Shown here in pieces: positions 37,085 through 46,913 of a DNA stretch of 64,000 nucleotides. How positions within the stretch are numbered: position 1 is the first letter of the stretch; every line of letters starts with the position of its first letter. The notes below the pieces were generated by a model. The model did no database searches. It saw only the letters and a program-made list of their open reading frames with translations, and was not told the DNA's origin. The position numbers were made by a program, and so were the translations under genes. The stretch lies in contig SVQK01000009.1 of NCBI GenBank assembly GCA_015065385.1, forward strand, positions 18,021 through 82,020, written 5' to 3'. Source of the DNA: Oscillospiraceae bacterium. Its GTDB lineage: Bacteria; Bacillota; Clostridia; Oscillospirales; CAG-272.

Positions 37085-38311
37085 TTATCTGTCCAGCGTG
37101 TAGAACCCGTGATTCAGGTCGCTTTCGGGACGGTGCGTCCACATGCCGCGCGTGAAGTCCGGGATCTCGAGAGGCGCGCCGCCCTGCTGGATGGAGGCCT
37201 CGGACAGGGGCGTGATCGCCATCCATGAAGCGGTGTCGAAGGTGTCGATCGGCGGGTTCTCGCCGTTTTTCAGCGCTTCGAAATAGGCGTCGAACACCAG
37301 CCAGTCCATGCCGCCGTGTCCGCCCTTGACGCCCTCTTCCTCGAACTTCCGCCAGACAGGGTGCTCCCAATCCTTGCGGTATTCGGGAATGTTGCCGTAG
37401 AAGCTGTGATCCCATTCGCTCCCCTTGCCCTCGAGGAAGATGCCGTCGCAGTTCTCGCTAAAATAGCCGTTGGTTCCGCGCACGGTGAAGTTCCGGGAGT
37501 AGTTCCGGGGCAGGGTGGTGTCGAGGGTCAGCGTGATGAGCTCGCCGCCCGCGCACTTGATGTTGGTCTTGACGATGTCACCCTGATTGAAGCGGTAGGT
37601 CCTGAGCTCCGGATTCACCTTTTCGTTCTTCTCGGCGTAATCGTTCAGGCCGAACGCGCCGGACGCCATGGAGGAGAGCGAAAGCATCCGGTTGCCGCGG
37701 TTGATGTTCAGGATCTTGGCGATCGGGCCGAGCTCGTGGGTGGGATAGTTCTCGCAGTTGCGGTTTTTGTAGTTGCGGAGGCGGTAGTGGCGGTTTTCTT
37801 CACCGAAGGAGATTTCCTCGCGCAGATCGTGCTGATATCCGCCCTCGCAGTGGACGATCTTCCCGAACACGCCCTCGCGGACCATGCGCATGACCATCAT
37901 CTCGTTCCGGTCGTAGCAGCAGTTCTCGAGCATCATGCAGTGGATGCGGGTGCGTTCGTAGGTCTCCACGAGGGACCAGCAGTCCTCGAGGGAATACGCG
38001 CCGCCCACTTCGGTTGCCGTCTGCTTGCCGCAGTTCATGGCGTAAATCGCGGCGGGAATGTGGTTTTCCCACGCGGAGAAGATCATGACCGCGTCCACGT
38101 CGTCCCGCTCGATCAGGGCGCGGTAATCGGTGGTGGTTGCCACGTCCCAGTTCTTCTTTTCCTTGCAGTAAGCCGCGGCCTTTGCGCAGCGGTCCTCATA
38201 TGTGTCGCAGACGGCAGTGACAACGGTATCGTCCCGTTCGGTGAGAATGCCGTGGATATGACCCATGCCGCGGCCCCCCAGACCGATGACGCCGACTCTG
38301 AATTCAGCCAT
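37085..38311 (-). CDS. Gfo/Idh/MocA-family NAD-dependent enzyme, GH109-like architecture
   Basis: Start re-set to MAEFRVGVIGLGGRGMGH (ATG complement of 38309-38311) behind GAGGTACATTTTC, giving 408 aa. N-terminal Rossmann fold. A C-terminal alpha/beta domain with NRHYRLRNY...HELGP resembles GH109-type NAD-dependent glycosidases. No signal peptide. Confidence 0.8.
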   Translation of the reverse strand: MAEFRVGVIGLGGRGMGHIHGILTERDDTVVTAVCDTYEDRCAKAAAYCKEKKNWDVATTTDYRALIERDDVDAVMIFSAWENHIPAAIYAMNCGKQTATEVGGAYSLEDCWSLVETYERTRIHCMMLENCCYDRNEMMVMRMVREGVFGKIVHCEGGYQHDLREEISFGEENRHYRLRNYKNRNCENYPTHELGPIAKILNINRGNRMLSLSSMASGAFGLNDYAEKNEKVNPELRTYRFNQGDIVKTNIKCAGGELITLTLDTTLPRNYSRNFTVRGTNGYFSENCDGIFLEGKGSEWDHSFYGNIPEYRKDWEHPVWRKFEEEGVKGGHGGMDWLVFDAYFEALKNGENPPIDTFDTASWMAITPLSEASIQQGGAPLEIPDFTRGMWTHRPESDLNHGFYTLDR

Positions 38312-38372
38312 GAAAATGTACCTCGTTGTTTCGAATGATGAACGGGATCCGAAAAAGTCCCGGACATGCTTC

Positions 38373-38401
38373 ATTATACCCAACCCGAGCCCGGATGTCA
38401 A
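38373..38401 (-). promoter_or_regulatory. sigma-A promoter of the GH109-like gene
   Basis: Minus strand TTGACA (complement of 38396-38401), 17 nt, TATAAT (complement of 38373-38378). Confidence 0.6.
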
Positions 38402-38504
38402 GGGAAAAGTCGAAATCCGGATAAGCCGAAACAGGAGAAGACGGAAGCGCGGCTTTAATGAAGTTAAACTCCGGTTAGAATTCTCTCCGGAAGGCTTTTT
38501 CCTC

Positions 38505-38534
38505 TTGCGCGGGAGGCGGGCGATATGGTATAAT
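38505..38534 (+). promoter_or_regulatory. sigma-A promoter of the ABC-2 operon
   Basis: TTGCGC (38505-38510), 18 nt, TG-extended TATAAT (38529-38534). Confidence 0.5.
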
Positions 38535-38552
38535 AGGATCAAAGAAAAACGG

Positions 38553-39263
38553 ATGAAAGGCGGGAGGCCGATGGATCGGGGAACCGCGCTCCGCTTTGAG
38601 GGCGTTTCCTTCACATACGGACGGAGCCGGGGACAGTCCCGGACGCTCCGGCTCGGGAAGATCGGATTTTCGCTCCGCTTCGGGGAGTGCGCCGTGATCG
38701 CCGGGACGAACGGTTCGGGAAAGTCAACGCTGCTCTCCCTCGCCGCCGGGATCTTCAAGCCGACCGAGGGACGGGTACAGCGCGTGGGCCGGACGGGCTA
38801 TGTTCCCCAGGGGAGCGCGCTGCTCGAGGACGCCACGGTCGGGGAGAATCTGCGGTTCTTCGCCGATCTTGCGGGCGCAGCCATACCCGAGCCTCTCCCC
38901 TTCGCCGTGGGAGGATGGCTCGACAGGAGGGTGTCCCGTCTGTCCGGCGGCATGAAAAAGCAGGTCAGCATCGCGTGCGCCATGGCCGGGGATCCCGACG
39001 TGATGATCCTCGACGAACCCTGCGGCGCGCTCGACATCCGGTTCCGGGAATCGCTGTGCTCCCTGATTCTCGACTGGAAGGCGGCGGGGAAGGCCATCCT
39101 CTATGTCGGCCACGATCCGGCGGAGTTTTTTCCGTTCTGCGACCGGCTCCTCTTTCTTTCTCCGGGCGGGCTGACCGAATCGCCCGCGCCGCTGCCCGGA
39201 GACGAACCCTCGTTCCGGGATCTGTACGCTGTCATGATGAAGCAAACGGAGGTGACTGAATGA
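38553..39263 (+). CDS. ABC transporter ATP-binding protein (ABC-2 type system)
   Basis: Motifs GTNGSGKST, LSGGMKKQVSIACAM and VMILDEPCGALD. Start is ATG 38553, or ATG 38571 (behind GGGAGG). The track ORF start at 38265 lies upstream of the promoter. Confidence 0.85.
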   Translation: MKGGRPMDRGTALRFEGVSFTYGRSRGQSRTLRLGKIGFSLRFGECAVIAGTNGSGKSTLLSLAAGIFKPTEGRVQRVGRTGYVPQGSALLEDATVGENLRFFADLAGAAIPEPLPFAVGGWLDRRVSRLSGGMKKQVSIACAMAGDPDVMILDEPCGALDIRFRESLCSLILDWKAAGKAILYVGHDPAEFFPFCDRLLFLSPGGLTESPAPLPGDEPSFRDLYAVMMKQTEVTE

Positions 39264-40840
39264 ACAATTTCTACAACTACTACGCATCCGCTCCCGCCCC
39301 GGCGAAGAAAAAGGGATTTCCCGGCTGGGCGGCGGCCCTGATCGTTTTGGCCGTGATCCTCGCGGCGGCAGGGCTGATCTGGTCCCTGCTTTTGAAAAAT
39401 CCTCTCGTCAGCGTGGAGCGCGCGTGGAAAACCAGCCTCAAAGCCGCCGAGTCCTCGGAGGTCGGGGAGATCGCGTCCGCCGCGGCCGATTCCGGGAGCG
39501 TGGAGATTTCGCTCGACGCCCGGGATCTGACGGAGAGTCTCTTCGGGCTTTCCATCAACGCGGGCGCGCGCGTCAAGTTCTATTTCGATCTTGACAGGAG
39601 CGACAGCCGCGAGGCAGCCGTTGAAGCCGCGGTCAGCCTGAACGGAGCCGAGGCAGCGGATCTTCTGCTCTATACCGACGGAAAGAGCGCGGCGGTTCAG
39701 TCGGAGGCGATTCTCGGCGCGAAGAACTACGGCTTCCGGTTCGGGGACGTGCGGGAGCGGTTCGACTCCTCCGTCTTCGGCCCGGGCGGCGCGTATGATC
39801 TCGGCGAGCTCTTCGGACTCGAGCTGACCGGGGAGAAACTCGGCGAGCTGTTCGAATCCTTCGCCCCCTCGCGCGGATCGGAAGAGGAGATGAAGAAGGT
39901 CTTCGAATCCGTGAGCGGACACATTTTGAAGATGCTGCCCGAGTACGGGGAGATCACGAAGGAAAGCGGAACGGTGACTCTCCTCTCCGAAAAGGAAGTG
40001 AAGACGCAGAACGTCGTAATCTTTTTGGAAGGCGAAAAGCTGGCGGACTTTCTGAAAGCGGCCCTCGAGGAGATCCGGGACAACGAGCGGCTGAACGAAT
40101 ACCTGAACAAGCACGCGGAGCTTTTCGAGAAGAGCGGTAAGACCCTCGAAGACTATCGGGCCGCTCTGGACGACGCGTCCAACGATATTGAAGAAGACCG
40201 GGACGAGATCGCGCAGTACGAGACGACGCTGGTCTTCTCTATTTCGAAGGAAAACAGGCAGCTGATCGCGGCGGATCTGGGCATGATTTCAAAGCGGGAC
40301 GCGGAAAAACGGATCGACGTACCGATCCGCGTGCATCTGACCTGCGGTCCCGACTGGAGCGATCCGGAAGAAATCAGCTTCTATGCGACCTATGACGACA
40401 CGATGACGCAGTTCCACTGCACGACGGTCAAGGACGGAAACGGCGGAGCGAAGACCGATCTGCGCGCGGCTATAGGCGACGAAACGCTCTTCGACGGAAC
40501 GCTGACGACGGGCGGGGAGGACGGCGCGTTTGCGCTTGAGGTGAGCTTCGCGTCCCTCGGCACCTTCGGCCTGAACGGATCCTGCCGCCGCGCGGAAAAG
40601 GAACTGACGGTGATCGTTCTCGATTCCGTCCGGCTGGGCGACGAGGAATACTCCCTCGGCGGCGCGTCCGTGACGGTTCTGGAAAAGGACACGATGCCCG
40701 TGATCTCCGACTACCGCGACGTGCTCTCCATGAGCGAGGAGGACGTCGGGAAAATCGGGGAGGACGTGAACGAGTTTATCGAGACCTTCAAAGACAAGCT
40801 GACGGAAATGCTCGGGCTTCTGGCCTTCCTTCTCTTCTGA
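39260..40840 (+). CDS. Hypothetical N-terminally membrane-anchored extracytoplasmic protein (526 aa)
   Basis: ATGA overlap with the ATPase gene. Single TM segment WAAALIVLAVILAAAGLIWSLLL. GC3-rich frame. No recognisable domain. Confidence 0.7.
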   Translation: MNNFYNYYASAPAPAKKKGFPGWAAALIVLAVILAAAGLIWSLLLKNPLVSVERAWKTSLKAAESSEVGEIASAAADSGSVEISLDARDLTESLFGLSINAGARVKFYFDLDRSDSREAAVEAAVSLNGAEAADLLLYTDGKSAAVQSEAILGAKNYGFRFGDVRERFDSSVFGPGGAYDLGELFGLELTGEKLGELFESFAPSRGSEEEMKKVFESVSGHILKMLPEYGEITKESGTVTLLSEKEVKTQNVVIFLEGEKLADFLKAALEEIRDNERLNEYLNKHAELFEKSGKTLEDYRAALDDASNDIEEDRDEIAQYETTLVFSISKENRQLIAADLGMISKRDAEKRIDVPIRVHLTCGPDWSDPEEISFYATYDDTMTQFHCTTVKDGNGGAKTDLRAAIGDETLFDGTLTTGGEDGAFALEVSFASLGTFGLNGSCRRAEKELTVIVLDSVRLGDEEYSLGGASVTVLEKDTMPVISDYRDVLSMSEEDVGKIGEDVNEFIETFKDKLTEMLGLLAFLLF

Positions 40841-40846
40841 CGCGCT

Positions 40847-42031
40847 ATGTTTGAACGGGATCGGAGGCTGTTTGCCCGGTGTCTTCTGACCTCCCTTGCC
40901 ATTCTTGCGGCGGCGGCTCTCATCGGGGCGGGGGCCGTCGCTCTGCTTGTGCGGGAGGGGAATTTGTACGCCCCGGTCAAGATCGCCGTCGTGGACCGCG
41001 AGGATTCCGTGACGAGCCGCATCCTCGTGCGCACCGTGCGGAATCTGGACGCGTTCGCCACCGTGCTGGACGCGGAGGTGATGGAGGAGGAGGAAGTCGA
41101 CCGGGCGTTCTCTTCCGGAGAGGCGGCTGCCGTTGTGATCCTTCCGGAGCGGTTCGTCTCCGATATCCTCTCCGGGGCGGAGGGCGGCGGTGAGATCCGT
41201 CTTTCAAAGGCTCTCGAGCGGCAGTCCGAAATCGTGGAGGCCGCGGCGAAATTCGGCGAAACCCTTCTCATGGCGGGGCAGTACGGCGTCTTTGCCGGGG
41301 AAAAGCTGATCGACGGAGCCGGGGAGAGCGCGTCGGTCCGGGAGGACTACCTCGACCGCGTGAACCGGATCCTGCTCGACGAGGGCATGAACGTCTCCGT
41401 GACGTACCTCGAGACGGAGGAGGCGGAGTTCGGCGGCGCGGGGCTCGACGTTGTGGGGCATTATGTGCTCTGCTGGTGCGCGATGGTGCTGTTTCTGACG
41501 GTTTTAGCCTTCATTCCCCTATTCCGGAGTGACGCGTCGTCCCCCCTTGTGCGGCGGATGGAGGGCCTCGGCGTCGGACCGGCGGCCTTTCTGCGCTGGA
41601 AACTGCTCCTCACGGCCGGATTCCGTTTTGCGCTGACCCTCGGCCTGCTCGCCCTGCTTTCGGCGTTCGGACTGGCTCCGGAGTTCGAGATGCGGACCCT
41701 GGGATCGGCTCTCGCGCTGGCGGTCTGGCTGGCCGTTGCCGGGGCGTGCCTGTCCCTCTGCTGCGGAGGGGGCGTCGCGGCGGTGTGCGTCCTGTCGGGC
41801 GGAGGACTCCTTCTCTGCGGGGGACTGATCCCGCGCCCCCTGCTTCCGGGCTGGCTGATCCGGATCGGCGATCTGACGCCCTTCGGAGCCGCGCGTGGCC
41901 TTCTGCTCCCTGCGTTTTCCCGTGAGGCCGGATGGAGCGGGTTGATTCCGGCGGCGGTTTACGCGATAGCAGCGGCGGTCTGGCTCGGCCTTCGCTGGCG
42001 CGCGCTGATCCGCGGAGAGGAGGGCGGCTGA
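40847..42031 (+). CDS. ABC-2-type transporter permease with large first extracytoplasmic loop
   Basis: 394 aa. N-terminal TM, a loop of about 180 aa, then 5 C-terminal TM segments (ABC2_membrane_3-like topology). Confidence 0.75.
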   Translation: MFERDRRLFARCLLTSLAILAAAALIGAGAVALLVREGNLYAPVKIAVVDREDSVTSRILVRTVRNLDAFATVLDAEVMEEEEVDRAFSSGEAAAVVILPERFVSDILSGAEGGGEIRLSKALERQSEIVEAAAKFGETLLMAGQYGVFAGEKLIDGAGESASVREDYLDRVNRILLDEGMNVSVTYLETEEAEFGGAGLDVVGHYVLCWCAMVLFLTVLAFIPLFRSDASSPLVRRMEGLGVGPAAFLRWKLLLTAGFRFALTLGLLALLSAFGLAPEFEMRTLGSALALAVWLAVAGACLSLCCGGGVAAVCVLSGGGLLLCGGLIPRPLLPGWLIRIGDLTPFGAARGLLLPAFSREAGWSGLIPAAVYAIAAAVWLGLRWRALIRGEEGG

Positions 42032-43128
42032 TGGGCTCGATCCTGCTTGCGATCAAAAGACAGCTGCGGGGGAAGGCGCTTCCGCTCTTCTGCCTCTTGC
42101 TTGTGGCGGCGGTGTTCGCCTCCTCCTTTCTCGCCGACGCGGATTCCCTCACGCCCGCCGGAGTGTGCGACGCGGATCGGAGCGGGATTTCGCGCTCCGT
42201 GACATCCCGCCTCGAAGCGGAGGGATTCCGGGTCTACGATACGGAGGCCGGGCTGCGCCGGGATCTGGAACGGGGACGGCTCGACGCGGCGGTGCTTCTG
42301 CCGGAGGGATTCGGCTCCGCGCTCCTGTCCGAGCATCCCGAGGGGTGCGCGCTGTTTCTCATCCCGTCCGGAGCCTTTGTCCCGGAGCTGTACCGGAACC
42401 AGGTCTCGGCCGTCCTCTTCGCCGAAAAGACGCCCTATCTGACGGCGGACGCGCTCGATGAAGCGGGATCCTCGGTCAGCCGGGAGGACGTGTTTCTCTC
42501 GTACCGGACCATGACGGCCCGCGGCTCGCTCTTCTCCTTCCGGATTCTCTGGGAGGGCGGGGAAGAGGCCGGAGGTCCGCCGCCGTATGTCACGGGGATC
42601 CTCTCCGTCCTGCTCTTTGCGGGCGTCACTCTCGGTGTATCCTCCCTGCTCTCGGACAGGGAGACCTCCCCGGCCCGAAGGATCGGAGTACGGCAGACGT
42701 TTTTTCGCCTGACGCTCCCGTACCTCGGCGTCCGGATGGCGTTCTGGGCGGGTTCGGCGACGGCTGGCTTACTCCTTTCCGAGCTCGAGGGCCGTGGGGA
42801 TTCGCGCTCCCTGATCGTTCCCGCGCTGGTTTTCCTCGCGCTTCTGACTGGATTCGCCGCGCTGATTCAGGCGGTGTTCCGGCGAAGCGAGGCCGTGTAC
42901 GGATTCTTGTTTGTCGGGACGCTGCTCTCGTGGCTGCTGCTCCCCGTGTGGGCGGACGCCGCGCTGTTCGTGCCGGTGATCGCGCGCCTGCGGATCCTTC
43001 TTCCGCCGTACTGGCTTTGGCTCTGTTTCGAGCATCCTGCGGTCTGCGCGGCGCTGGTTCTTCCCGTCCTCGCGGCGGGCGGATTCGTTCTGTACCGGGA
43101 ACTCGGCAGGCGTGCGATGAAGCGGTAA
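42031..43128 (+). CDS. Second ABC-2-type transporter permease
   Basis: Start re-set to ATG 42031 (MGSILLAIKRQL), overlapping the previous TGA. 365 aa, same topology as the preceding permease. Confidence 0.75.
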   Translation: MGSILLAIKRQLRGKALPLFCLLLVAAVFASSFLADADSLTPAGVCDADRSGISRSVTSRLEAEGFRVYDTEAGLRRDLERGRLDAAVLLPEGFGSALLSEHPEGCALFLIPSGAFVPELYRNQVSAVLFAEKTPYLTADALDEAGSSVSREDVFLSYRTMTARGSLFSFRILWEGGEEAGGPPPYVTGILSVLLFAGVTLGVSSLLSDRETSPARRIGVRQTFFRLTLPYLGVRMAFWAGSATAGLLLSELEGRGDSRSLIVPALVFLALLTGFAALIQAVFRRSEAVYGFLFVGTLLSWLLLPVWADAALFVPVIARLRILLPPYWLWLCFEHPAVCAALVLPVLAAGGFVLYRELGRRAMKR

Positions 43129-43130
43129 GC

Positions 43131-43182
43131 AAAAAAAGACGGAGTCCTCTGAGGCTGACTGCCCCGGAAGGCTCCGTTTTTT
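43131..43182. terminator. Bidirectional terminator between the ABC-2 operon and the cys-GH5 operon
   Basis: A7 run, stem GACGGAG (43138-43144) / CUCCGU (43172-43177) with extended pairing, then U6. Confidence 0.75.
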
Positions 43183-43206
43183 GCCGGGTTTATCCGATTG
43201 ATTGGA

Positions 43207-44385
43207 TTACAGGATCTGGCAGAGGTCTTTGAGCCGGAGCGCGAGGTCGTAGGCAAAGGCCCGCACTTCGGAGAGCGGCGGCTTGTGTCCCTCCGCGGTC
43301 TGCTTTCTCCACGCGAAGATCTGCGCGGTCGGCGGGCTCACCATCGGAACCATGTCGCAGCATTCCAAGAGATTGGCGGCGTATTCGGCGGCCTCGAAGA
43401 GTTTTTCGAGATCCGAAGGCCTGTAGTCGAATGCGTCGTCCGTGTACTCCGTCAGAGCCTTCCTGACCGCGTCTACGGCCCGCTGTGCGTGACCTTCCCG
43501 GTTGGGAACGGGCAGGACCATGACGTCGAGATCCCGGCAGCGGTAACAGCCCATCATCGCGGCAATCGTGGCCGGATCGCGGACCGTTCCGTCGGGGTAG
43601 AAGACGCCGTGTTCGGAATCGCAGCGTCCGTGGATCATCAGCTCGAAGACGAACCAGCCCATGCCGTACCGCTCGCACGCCTCGAGCACCATGTCGTAGG
43701 GATTGGAGCGGGCGAGACATCCGGTCTCCGTCTGGATCACGGGAATCCCAAACTTTTCTCCGTACTCCGCGGCAAGGGTGAAATTGGCGTTCATGCCGGA
43801 GCGCGTCGCGCTGTAGTCGTGGAAGGACAGCACGTCGCAGAGGGAGCCGACCGTGTCCTCGATTTCCCACGCCGTGGTGTAGCCCACCGTGACGCTGTGT
43901 TCCGGATCCAGAGACCGGATCAGCGGGATCACCGAGCGCAGAAACGCCCACACCCGTTCCGTCCGGCGGCCCTTCTCCCCGGGATCCTCGCAGCCGTTGA
44001 TCCACCAGCAGCAGAGCGGCTCGTTCATCGCGTCCCACATGAGAAGGCCCGGCTCGTCCCTCAGCGCGGCGACCGTCTCCCGGACGTACTGCTCCATGGC
44101 GGGGCGGCGTTCGTCGGGCAGGGAGGCGGAGTTCTCCCCGTTGCCGTTGAAGAGGATGGGCATGGTCCGGTACCCGCAGTCGTACGCGATTTGTACGGAT
44201 TTCTTCACGCGCGCGAGGTAGGCGGCCCCATCCCGCTCCCATGCGTGAAAGTTCAGCCACCCGCGAATGGCGTTGAGACCGACCCGCCGCCCGTAGGACA
44301 GCTCTTTCCGGATCTGCGCCTCGTCCGTCAGGAACGGGGAATAGTTGACGCCGCGGATCGCTCTGCATTCTTCTCTGCCTGTCAT
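43207..44385 (-). CDS. GH5-family (clan GH-A) glycoside hydrolase, cytoplasmic, with a C-terminal extension of about 100 aa
   Basis: Start re-set to MTGREECRAIRGVNY (ATG complement of 44383-44385) behind AGGAGAACGATC, giving 392 aa. WDAMNEP (acid/base Glu) and IQTETG (nucleophile Glu) motifs. No signal peptide. Confidence 0.8.
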   Translation of the reverse strand: MTGREECRAIRGVNYSPFLTDEAQIRKELSYGRRVGLNAIRGWLNFHAWERDGAAYLARVKKSVQIAYDCGYRTMPILFNGNGENSASLPDERRPAMEQYVRETVAALRDEPGLLMWDAMNEPLCCWWINGCEDPGEKGRRTERVWAFLRSVIPLIRSLDPEHSVTVGYTTAWEIEDTVGSLCDVLSFHDYSATRSGMNANFTLAAEYGEKFGIPVIQTETGCLARSNPYDMVLEACERYGMGWFVFELMIHGRCDSEHGVFYPDGTVRDPATIAAMMGCYRCRDLDVMVLPVPNREGHAQRAVDAVRKALTEYTDDAFDYRPSDLEKLFEAAEYAANLLECCDMVPMVSPPTAQIFAWRKQTAEGHKPPLSEVRAFAYDLALRLKDLCQIL

Positions 44386-44422
44386 GATCGTTCTCCTTTC
44401 GAAATGATGGCGGATGGGCGTA

Positions 44423-46003
<1,581 letters not shown>

Positions 46004-46004
46004 A

Positions 46005-46892
46005 TCACATGTACCCTCCCCGTCTCAGCTCTTCGAGGCCGCCGCCGTCCTCCTTGTCCTGTTCCCGTCCGCTCCGTTCCGCGACCCGGGCGAACTTGCC
46101 GGATTTCAGCTCCTCGATGATTTCGTCCAGCGTGGACGCATCGGAGTCCACCGGCTTCGTGCAGGGCCAGCATCCGAGGGAGCGGTACCGTTTCCCGTCG
46201 CCCTGATTGAAGTACAGGGACACCACGGGAACACCCTCCCGCCGGATGTACTCCCAGATATCCACCTCGGTCCAGTCGAGCAGGGGATGGATCCGCACAT
46301 GGGTTCCGGGGGCGAAGTCCGTCTTGTACTGACCCCAGAATTCCGGGGGCTGGTCGTCGGCGTCCCAGTCGCCCGCCTTGTCCCGGGGAGAGAAATACCG
46401 TTCCTTCGACCTGCTTCCCTCTTCGTCGGCCCGGACGCCCACAATGACGCCGGTGAAGGGCTCGCGGTTCGGATCGACTTCATAGAGACCGGTGGAATGG
46501 TTCAGACGATACCTCGGCCAGTCTCCGGCCAGCGTGTGGGTCAGAGCTTCGGTTTTCAGGCGGCGGCAGCATTCGATCCGCGTCGCGTTTCCGTCCGGGA
46601 AGGTCTCCTTTTTGTCGAGGGCTTCCCGGTTCTCGCCGTAGATCATGTCGAGGTTCCACTCCATGGCGAGGCGGTCCCGGTATTCGATCATTTCGGGTAT
46701 TTTATAGTGGGTGTCCACATGGACCAGCGGAAACGGAACGTGGCCGTAGAAGGCCTTCCGCGCCAGACAGAGCAGGACGGTGGAGTCCTTTCCGATGGAC
46801 CAGAGCATGCACAGGTTTTTGAAGGCCGAATAGGACTCCCTCAGGATGTGGATGCTCTTGGATTCCAGCATATCCAGATGGCTGTATTGCAT
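46005..46892 (-). CDS. cysD: Sulfate adenylyltransferase subunit 2
   Basis: 295 aa. PP-loop [10 protein letters not shown]; also [11 protein letters not shown] and [11 protein letters not shown]-like LGCWPCT. Confidence 0.93.
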   Translation of the reverse strand: MQYSHLDMLESKSIHILRESYSAFKNLCMLWSIGKDSTVLLCLARKAFYGHVPFPLVHVDTHYKIPEMIEYRDRLAMEWNLDMIYGENREALDKKETFPDGNATRIECCRRLKTEALTHTLAGDWPRYRLNHSTGLYEVDPNREPFTGVIVGVRADEEGSRSKERYFSPRDKAGDWDADDQPPEFWGQYKTDFAPGTHVRIHPLLDWTEVDIWEYIRREGVPVVSLYFNQGDGKRYRSLGCWPCTKPVDSDASTLDEIIEELKSGKFARVAERSGREQDKEDGGGLEELRRGGYM

Positions 46893-46913
46893 ATAGTGCG
46901 TTACCTCCCGGAT

